A DNA stretch of 64,000 bases from Candidatus Brocadiia bacterium (lineage in GTDB: Bacteria; Planctomycetota; Brocadiia; CAIUPP01): assembly GCA_050015075.1 (NCBI GenBank), contig JBEKCB010000014.1, positions 39,242-103,241 on the forward strand, written 5' to 3'. Of this stretch, positions 57,628 through 64,000 are shown piece after piece (positions within the stretch are counted from its first letter, which is position 1; every line of letters begins with the position of its first letter). A program made the position numbers and the translations under genes. Under the pieces are notes generated by a model that was not told the DNA's origin, did no database searches, and saw nothing but the letters and a program-made list of their open reading frames with translations.

Positions 57628-60243
57628 ATGAAGAAGAAGCCTTCCGAGGAAGCGCTGGCCGCCGCGTTCATGTGCACGCTCGCGTCGCGGAAGAGGGAAA
57701 GGACCCGCGAGCTTCCGGGATCCGGAACGATGCGCCGCGCGGATCGGGAACGCGCGCAGGCGCAGCGCCAGTTCGCATGGCTCCTCGGCCGCGGAACCCA
57801 GGCTCCGCAATCCGCGCCGCCGATCAGCGCCGCCTCTGGGGAAGGCGAGCAACCGATCTCGGCGACCTTCGACGCCGCATTCTCGATCACCGCGCAGGCC
57901 GCCGATGCGCCGCCGGCGACCGATCCGAATCCCTCCGCGAAGCTCGACACGCCCGACGCGGCCGCCGGCGACAAGACCGCCGTCCCGCCCGGCGCGAACA
58001 AGAACTCCACCGACGTGATGAAGCCGGACAAGGACGGGGCCCCGCCGAAACCGCGCTTCACGATGACAGCCTACAACGGCGGACCCATGAAGCTGAACGG
58101 CTACCAGTTTCCCGTCGTCGTGGACGGTGCCGGACTCAAGGCGGCCGGCGCGCGGCTGCCGGTCTACATCGGCCACAACAAGCCGTGGGACGACGTGGAC
58201 ACGCAGATGGAGCAGCTCTTCGGACAGACCGACGATTTCTCGGTGAACGCCGAGACGGGCGAAATCGCCTGCTGCGGGCTGGTCACCGGCGAGTCGGCTC
58301 TTTGCCAGCAGGCGAAGACGCACGCGAGGAACGGCTTCAAGTTCCAGGCCTCCATCAACGCGCAGCCTACGCTCCTCGAGTTCGTTCAGCCGGGACAAAA
58401 AGCAAAAGTCAATGGCCGGACGGTGTCGGGTCCGGTCGTCGTCGCGCGTGCGGCGACGTGTGATCACATCGCCCTCGTGCCGCTCGGCGCGGACACCCGC
58501 ACGACGGCCAAAATTGCGGCTGAAGCCGCGAAAGGACAAGCCATGGAATTCAGCGCCTGGCTCACCGCGACGTATTCGCTGGACGCCGGCAAGCTCACGC
58601 CCGAACAGAAGACGAAGTTCGAGGCCGAGTTCGGCCGGATCGCCGCCGCGCATGCGGGATCGGCTCCCGCCAAGCCGGCCGAAGAGCCGAAGCCGGCCGC
58701 TCCGGACTTCACCGTGCTCCGCGGCGAGACGGCCAAGGAAGAGTTGCGGATCGCCGCCGTTCGCGCCGCGGCCAAGGATCGCCCGGAGATCGCCGCACAG
58801 GCCATCACCGAGGGTTGGGACGAGGCGAGGACGAAGGATGCCGTCGAGGTCGCCACGCTGAGGGCCTCGCGCGCAGCGTCGCAGACCGAAGGCGCTCCGG
58901 CGGTCATTTCCGGCGACATGCCGAACGACGGCCTCCAGCTCCAGGCGGTTCCGCCGAGCCGCGGCGGCCGGCACATCGCGGCAACGGGTCGCATCAGCAA
59001 CGACCTTGCGGCCGTCATCGAGGCGTGCGGGCTGATCTCCGCTGGCTACCCCGCCGAGCGCCTGGCCAAGAACCCGGCCTACGGCCAGCGCGCGGTGGAA
59101 ATGGCCGACCGGACCATGGCGCGGTTCGGCTCCGGACTCGGCCCGATGGGACTCATGCGGCTCGTGGCGAGCTTCGCCGGCATCAGCCTGCCGCACAACA
59201 ACGATGAGGCGTACAAGGCCATCGTCGCGGAGTTCAGCACCCTGAGCCTGCCGACGATCCTCAGCAACCTGATGAACAAGTTCTTATTGGACTCGTACAA
59301 CGCCGTGGACCCGGACGCGATTGATGTTCCCGGCATGGCCACGACTGCCTGGCAGAAGTTCACCAAACGCGGGCCGGTGCAGGACTTCAAGCCGCATTAC
59401 CGCGTTCGTCTGACCGGCTCTCTGGAGTTCACGGACCTCGGCCCGGCCGGCGAGATTCAGGCCGGAAAGATCAGCGAGCAGTCCTATCAGATCCAGGCGA
59501 GCACGAAGGCCATCATGTTCGCCATCACGCGCAAGGACATCGTGAACGACGACCTCTCGGCCATGTCCACGCTGCCGACGCTCTTCGGCCGCGGCGCCGG
59601 CGTCCGCGTCGCGAAGTTCATCTACGGCCTGCTCATTGCCGCGCTCCAGAGCGACCGCGCGACGGCCTTCTTCACGTCCAGCGCCATCACCACGGCGGGC
59701 AACCTGATGCAGCCGAACCTGCTGACCAGCGCGGCGCTGTCCCTGACGACGCTGGAAGCCGCCGAGGCCGCGATGCTGGCGCAGACCGATCCTTACGGCC
59801 TGCCCTCCGGCGTCCAGCCGGAAATCCTGCTGGTCCCGCCCGGCCTCATCAACCTGGCCCGCCAGCTCTGGCAGTCCACGGACCTGATCCCGAGCCTCTC
59901 CACGGGCGGCAACGCCAGGGGCGTTCCGGTCAAGAACACGCTGGCCGGTCGCTTCCGCCCGGTGTGCTCGCAATGGCTCTCGAGCCTGACCGCCGCGCAG
60001 ATCAACGAGGTGATCAAGGGGCTGAGCACGGCCAATGCCGGCAGCAACACCACCTGGTATCTCTGCGCCGGACCGCAGCAGCCTGCCTATCCGATCGAGT
60101 GCGGGTTCCTCAACGGGCAGGAGATGCCCATTGTCGAGCGCGACGAGATGCAGTTCGACCGGTTGGGAATTGCGTTCAGGGGTTTCATTGACTTCGGCGC
60201 GAACCTCGCCGAGCCGCGTTCCATCGTGAAGAACACGGCATAA
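57628..60243 (+). CDS. Prohead protease / major capsid protein fusion (Mu gpT-like capsid domain)
   Basis: AYNGG, PV..GH, FQASI, IALVPLGAD protease; LSNLMNK.LL..Y, VQDFK, ITR.DIVNDDL, P.ILLVPP, FLNGQE.P, DFG capsid motifs. Confidence 0.88.
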   Translation: MKKKPSEEALAAAFMCTLASRKRERTRELPGSGTMRRADRERAQAQRQFAWLLGRGTQAPQSAPPISAASGEGEQPISATFDAAFSITAQAADAPPATDPNPSAKLDTPDAAAGDKTAVPPGANKNSTDVMKPDKDGAPPKPRFTMTAYNGGPMKLNGYQFPVVVDGAGLKAAGARLPVYIGHNKPWDDVDTQMEQLFGQTDDFSVNAETGEIACCGLVTGESALCQQAKTHARNGFKFQASINAQPTLLEFVQPGQKAKVNGRTVSGPVVVARAATCDHIALVPLGADTRTTAKIAAEAAKGQAMEFSAWLTATYSLDAGKLTPEQKTKFEAEFGRIAAAHAGSAPAKPAEEPKPAAPDFTVLRGETAKEELRIAAVRAAAKDRPEIAAQAITEGWDEARTKDAVEVATLRASRAASQTEGAPAVISGDMPNDGLQLQAVPPSRGGRHIAATGRISNDLAAVIEACGLISAGYPAERLAKNPAYGQRAVEMADRTMARFGSGLGPMGLMRLVASFAGISLPHNNDEAYKAIVAEFSTLSLPTILSNLMNKFLLDSYNAVDPDAIDVPGMATTAWQKFTKRGPVQDFKPHYRVRLTGSLEFTDLGPAGEIQAGKISEQSYQIQASTKAIMFAITRKDIVNDDLSAMSTLPTLFGRGAGVRVAKFIYGLLIAALQSDRATAFFTSSAITTAGNLMQPNLLTSAALSLTTLEAAEAAMLAQTDPYGLPSGVQPEILLVPPGLINLARQLWQSTDLIPSLSTGGNARGVPVKNTLAGRFRPVCSQWLSSLTAAQINEVIKGLSTANAGSNTTWYLCAGPQQPAYPIECGFLNGQEMPIVERDEMQFDRLGIAFRGFIDFGANLAEPRSIVKNTA

Positions 60244-60255
60244 ACTTTTCTGCCA

Positions 60256-60287
60256 CCGGATCCCGCTGCTCTTGCAGCGGGATCCGG
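60256..60287. other. Perfect 14-bp hairpin after the capsid gene; a second hairpin lies at 60353-60372
   Basis: CCGGATCCCGCTGC-TCTT-GCAGCGGGATCCGG with no U tract. Confidence 0.6.
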
Positions 60288-60407
60288 CGCGCACGTTCGC
60301 ATGGAGGTTGAGTTCACGACTGAGTTTGTGCCGCGCCGGTGGGGCGAACGATTTCCCGCCTTGTGGCGGGAACAGCACCCAGGCGGCTGGATTGAAAGGA
60401 GCAGGAC

Positions 60408-61457
60408 ATGGACTACGGACCGACTGCCGCAGTTGCGGCGCCGCAACCGTTATGGGCTCGGTACATTCACGGCGGACACACCGTTGATTTCATTCCCGAT
60501 GCCGGCACGAACTACTGCGGCAACGGCGTCGGAAACGGCGTCCCGTTCGGCGGCGTCGTCATCCTGGGCGGCTTGGCCGCGATTGCGACCGTGCCGCTTC
60601 CCGCCGGCGTCCGTGGCTCGCTGGTCATCGAGGGCAGCTTCGATTTCGTGAAGGCCGCGAGCGATGGCGGCATGGCCGCCGGATCGCTGGCGTACTGGGA
60701 CAACACGAATTTCGTCGCCACCGGCACCGCGAGCGGCAACACCTATCTCGGCAAGGTCGAAACCGCCGCATTGACGTCGGATACGAGCGTGCGCGTGCAG
60801 GTGGAGGCCATCGCCAACGCCTCCGGCAGCGTGGGATTCGGCGTGCTGCCGGTCTCGGCCGTCAACGCCGCCGGAACCAATTACGGCACGGGCGGCGGCC
60901 TCGCCGCCGGGGTCAACGTCGTCAGCCAAGCGGACGGCACAAAGGTCGTCTCGTTGCCCGCCACGCCGACCGCCGGAACTCTGGTCGTCATCAAGAACAC
61001 GACCGCTTATCCGCTGCCGGTCTACCCGGATGGTGCCGCCACGATTGACGCGGTCGCTTCGCACGGTGCGTTTATCGTTCCGCCGCTCAGCACAGCCATC
61101 CTTATTGCCGAAAGCGCCACGCAGTGGGACAGCGTTTGTTCCGGCCTGATGGCTGTTTCGGCTGTCGCGGCGGCGGGCAGCACTGTCGCCGACGCTGGCA
61201 AGCTGTACGCTGGCTTCAACGTCGTCAGCGCCGCGGACGGCACGAAGGGCGTGGTTCTGCCGACAGCGCCGCAGCCGGGCACCATGGTCATCGTCAAGAG
61301 CACCGTGAGCAATGCGCTGCCGATCTACCCCGATGCGGCGGCCTCGATCAACGCCATCGGCTCCCACGGCGCGTTCAGCACCGCCACGGTCGCCCCGGTC
61401 ATCCTGATCGCCACGAGCGCGACGCAGTGGTACACCGTTCCGCTGGTGGCCTCGTAA
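60408..61457 (+). CDS. DUF2190-like capsid cement/decoration protein with a duplicated C-terminal domain
   Basis: G.V.FG.VV..G..GSL.IEG.FDF.K, YWD motif; two repeats 101 codons apart. Confidence 0.7.
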   Translation: MDYGPTAAVAAPQPLWARYIHGGHTVDFIPDAGTNYCGNGVGNGVPFGGVVILGGLAAIATVPLPAGVRGSLVIEGSFDFVKAASDGGMAAGSLAYWDNTNFVATGTASGNTYLGKVETAALTSDTSVRVQVEAIANASGSVGFGVLPVSAVNAAGTNYGTGGGLAAGVNVVSQADGTKVVSLPATPTAGTLVVIKNTTAYPLPVYPDGAATIDAVASHGAFIVPPLSTAILIAESATQWDSVCSGLMAVSAVAAAGSTVADAGKLYAGFNVVSAADGTKGVVLPTAPQPGTMVIVKSTVSNALPIYPDAAASINAIGSHGAFSTATVAPVILIATSATQWYTVPLVAS

Positions 61458-61527
61458 GCCAGCGCAGCTTTTCCCCGGCCGGGCGGTCCGCCATAAACGG
61501 ATCGCCCGGCTTGGTAAGGAAGTCGGC

Positions 61528-61893
61528 ATGTCGCTCGAGGAGATTCTCAGGGAAGCCGCCGAGGAAATCGCCGATCCCGAATCCGGACTCGGCGAGCCAG
61601 GCGGATTCCTGCTGCCGGACGGCACGAAGCGATCATTCAATCTCGCCCTCGTTCGGCATGACGAGATGCGCTCCGAAGAGCCCGGACAGCTTCAGCCGCT
61701 CTTCGTCGCGCATTTCCCCGAGGGCTGCGAGACGACGGCGACCTTTGCGGAATTCGACGGCGGCACGTGGAAGCTGATTTTCGCCGACGTCCCAGGCGGC
61801 ACGCTGCTCGCCCATGACATCGGGCACTGGAACAAGTCTCGGCCCGGCATGTTCATCCTGGAGATCTTCGGTGCTGGATATGCTCTCCCTTGA
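61528..61893 (+). CDS. Putative head-tail connector protein
   Basis: Synteny in the lambda-like morphogenesis cluster; AAGGA RBS. Confidence 0.5.
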   Translation: MSLEEILREAAEEIADPESGLGEPGGFLLPDGTKRSFNLALVRHDEMRSEEPGQLQPLFVAHFPEGCETTATFAEFDGGTWKLIFADVPGGTLLAHDIGHWNKSRPGMFILEIFGAGYALP

Positions 61894-62452
61894 CTGTGCG
61901 ATTGCCCTCAGCACAAGCGAGCAGGTCGAGAACCTGCTTGCCGGCGTGGACGGCGCCGCGGCCAAGGTGCTGGAGAAGGCGCTCAACGCCGGCATGGCGA
62001 CCGCCCGCGATCTCATGGCTCGCCGCGCGAGCGAAAGGACGGGAATCGGCGCCAAGGTAATCAAGGAGCGGGTCTGGGGCAAACGCGCGACGGTCGCGGA
62101 GCCATGGTCCCGCGCGCGCGCCGGAAAAATCGGCTGGCCATTGGGCCGCTTTCCGTATACGCAGGAAGCAGGCGGCGTGCGCGTGGACCTGCCCGGAGGC
62201 TCGTACCTGTTTCCGCACACCTTCGTCGCCACAATGCCAGGCAGCCAGGAAAGCGTCTTCCGCCGCGACCCGGCTCACATGGGATCGAAAATGAAGGGCA
62301 TCGTCCGAGCGCGGACAGATGCCGTGACGGACGTCATCGAGCGGATCTCCGCAGAGCCGGAGATCGAGGAAGCCGGCCGCGCTGCTGCGATGGAGACGCT
62401 CGACGTGGAGACGAAGAAGGTCCTGGCCTCTCTGACCGGAGGCGCGACATGA
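61880..62452 (+). CDS. Minor tail protein Z-like (tail completion)
   Basis: KALN, F.HTFVATMP...SVF.R typical of lambda gpZ-like proteins. Confidence 0.65.
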   Translation: MLSLDCAIALSTSEQVENLLAGVDGAAAKVLEKALNAGMATARDLMARRASERTGIGAKVIKERVWGKRATVAEPWSRARAGKIGWPLGRFPYTQEAGGVRVDLPGGSYLFPHTFVATMPGSQESVFRRDPAHMGSKMKGIVRARTDAVTDVIERISAEPEIEEAGRAAAMETLDVETKKVLASLTGGAT

Positions 62453-63213
62453 GCGCGCCGACCACGCCGACTCTGTCCGTCGCCGCGAACGATGACGGCG
62501 TTTCCGTCACCGCGACGATCGGCAGCGACGCCGGCGTGACGAACCAACTCTATTACCAGCTCGATGGCGCGGCGGGATGGACTGCCGGCGGCACGTGCAC
62601 GGGGCCCGGGCCGCTCGTGCAAAGCGGCCTTACGACCGGGCTGCGCTACTGGTTCATCGTCGTCAGCGTCAGCGCGATCGACGGCTCGAACTCGCTTCCC
62701 TCGAGCCTGGGCTTCGCCATCGTCCGGGCCGCGAACACGGCGGTCCTCGAGCAGGTCGTGCAGTCCGTCATCGCGCGGATCAGCCCGCTCATCACCGCCG
62801 GGACGCTCTCGCTCCTGACGCGGCAGCTCCGTTACGGTGCGCAGCAGACGCGACAGGATAAGCAGGCGGACGTGATGCTGATGGACGGCGTGACTTACGA
62901 TCCGCTGAACGCCGACTCGAAGTCCTGGCCGACCGAGGGCTTCATCGCCTGGCATCGCCGGATCGCAATCTATTTCTGGCGGCGCGTCTCCGAGTCAGCG
63001 CCAACGCCCATTGACATGAGCCTGAGCGATGGTGTGGCGCAGATCATCGGCGAGATGACCGATCTGACCCGGCCGTTCACGAACCCGGTGTTCTACGTGG
63101 ATGTGGAAGAGGATATTCCGATCACGTCGCCGGACAAGTCCTGCGACGGCCGCATGCTGGTTTTCGACATCAAGTTCGAGCATCGCCAGGGCGATGCCTA
63201 TTCGCAGACCTGA
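62449..63213 (+). CDS. Tail terminator-like protein with N-terminal FN3-like domain
   Basis: APTTPTLSV..GLTTG.RY.F.VVS FN3-like; C-terminal ..F.IKF.H..GD.Y; lies before the tail tube gene. Confidence 0.5.
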   Translation: MSAPTTPTLSVAANDDGVSVTATIGSDAGVTNQLYYQLDGAAGWTAGGTCTGPGPLVQSGLTTGLRYWFIVVSVSAIDGSNSLPSSLGFAIVRAANTAVLEQVVQSVIARISPLITAGTLSLLTRQLRYGAQQTRQDKQADVMLMDGVTYDPLNADSKSWPTEGFIAWHRRIAIYFWRRVSESAPTPIDMSLSDGVAQIIGEMTDLTRPFTNPVFYVDVEEDIPITSPDKSCDGRMLVFDIKFEHRQGDAYSQT

Positions 63214-63236
63214 CACTTTTTTCTGGAGGGCTTGTC

Positions 63237-64000
63237 ATGGCGCTGTATCGGAAACTTCGGTTGCTCGCCGCCAAGGCGGAGGGCACGCCCGGAACGCCGG
63301 AGACGTTGCTGGCAACGGACGCGGTGGACCGCGTCTCGAACCTGGAGTTCGAATTCCTCACCGTGAAGACGAGCTACGAACGGCCCGGCAGCATGGGCAA
63401 GCTGGCGGGCATCTTCGGCGTGCGGACGGCGCGGATCCGCTTCCGGATGCCGCTGAGCGCCGAGACGACCACGCCGCGCGTCGCCGCGCTCTACCTGGCC
63501 GCCTGCGGCCTGGGCAACAGCAGCGGCGGCACGTTCGCGCGCGTCCAGAACGGCCAGCCGAACATCCCGAGCACCACGCTCGAGACGCTGACGCAGAAGT
63601 TCATGCTCGATGGCACCGCGCGGACCTTGTACGGCTGCATGGGCAACGCGATCCTCCGCCACGTTGCCGGCGAACCGGTGTGGATTGACTTCGACTTCAA
63701 GGGCAAGTACACCGGCGCCGCCGTCCAGAACACCGTGGCCTCGATCGCGTACAGCACCGCGTATACGATCAACGTGGCCCTCGGCACGGGCTTCCTCGCC
63801 GGCATGCAGGTGTTCGCGAGCGACGGCGTGAACGCGATCAGCGGCACCATTGATTCCGTCGCCGAGAATGCCCTGCTCCTGAAGACGACCGGCGTGATGG
63901 TCACCGGAACGCCGGCCTCGATGACCGCCGGCACGGTCATCAGCGGCGGATCGGCCATCGCCGCCGAGTCCATCCTCACGCCGAGCTTCAACCTGCCGAC
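63237..64000 (+). CDS. Tail tube protein, 3' partial
   Basis: ATG 63237 with GGAGG RBS; LLAAKAEGT.G..E motif, L.ACGL, L.GC.GN, FDFKG.Y; open to the window end. Confidence 0.65.
   Translation, partial: MALYRKLRLLAAKAEGTPGTPETLLATDAVDRVSNLEFEFLTVKTSYERPGSMGKLAGIFGVRTARIRFRMPLSAETTTPRVAALYLAACGLGNSSGGTFARVQNGQPNIPSTTLETLTQKFMLDGTARTLYGCMGNAILRHVAGEPVWIDFDFKGKYTGAAVQNTVASIAYSTAYTINVALGTGFLAGMQVFASDGVNAISGTIDSVAENALLLKTTGVMVTGTPASMTAGTVISGGSAIAAESILTPSFNLP

Larger units (their letters stand above)
34577..64000. mobile_element. Prophage (lambda-like siphovirus organisation) at the tRNA-Ala 3' end; right end lies outside the window
   Basis: Gene order recombinase, repressor, early, replication, terminase, portal, capsid, tail; begins exactly at the tRNA end. 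Confidence 0.92.

Noticed and set aside
60256-60287. Hairpin as an intrinsic terminator
   Set aside because: No U tract follows on either strand; kept only as a structural element.
60852-61439. Duplicated segment considered as a DGR template/variable repeat pair
   Set aside because: Both copies are coding and in frame, differences are not adenine-specific, and no reverse transcriptase is in the window.
34590-64000. attR duplicate of the tRNA 3' end
   Set aside because: Not seen by eye in this window; the prophage continues beyond 64000.

Overview
High-GC bacterial window, probably Planctomycetota/PVC (inferred from a PEGA lipoprotein, tandem membrane-TPR genes, sulfatase-like genes and lipid A/heptose genes). 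Bases 1-34.5 kb are host chromosome: a sulfur/sugar catabolic locus (glycosidase-like genes, Gfo/Idh/MocA oxidoreductases, sulfotransferase, sulfatase-like enzyme, cysDNC), rluD, thuA, rnhA, asd, gmhB-gmhA-hldE-lpxL-lpxK and two tandem TPR membrane proteins, ending in tRNA-Ala(GGC) at 34514-34589. A prophage starts at the tRNA 3' end and runs off the window. It carries a serine recombinase, CI-like repressor, RecE-like exonuclease plus Gp3-like protein, two DNA methyltransferases, a HerA-like ATPase, radical-SAM genes, a putative replication initiator with iterons, GpA-type terminase, lambda-type portal, a protease-capsid fusion and the first tail genes. The standout feature is a complete prophage-encoded tmRNA (43672-44078, tag (A)AAEYRQAA). 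It lies in frame, with no stop codon, inside the 5' end of a RuvC-like resolvase gene and is flanked by a 5-bp AGCAT direct repeat. Removing the 420 bp between the repeats gives a normal RuvC N-terminus (MSILAFDL).
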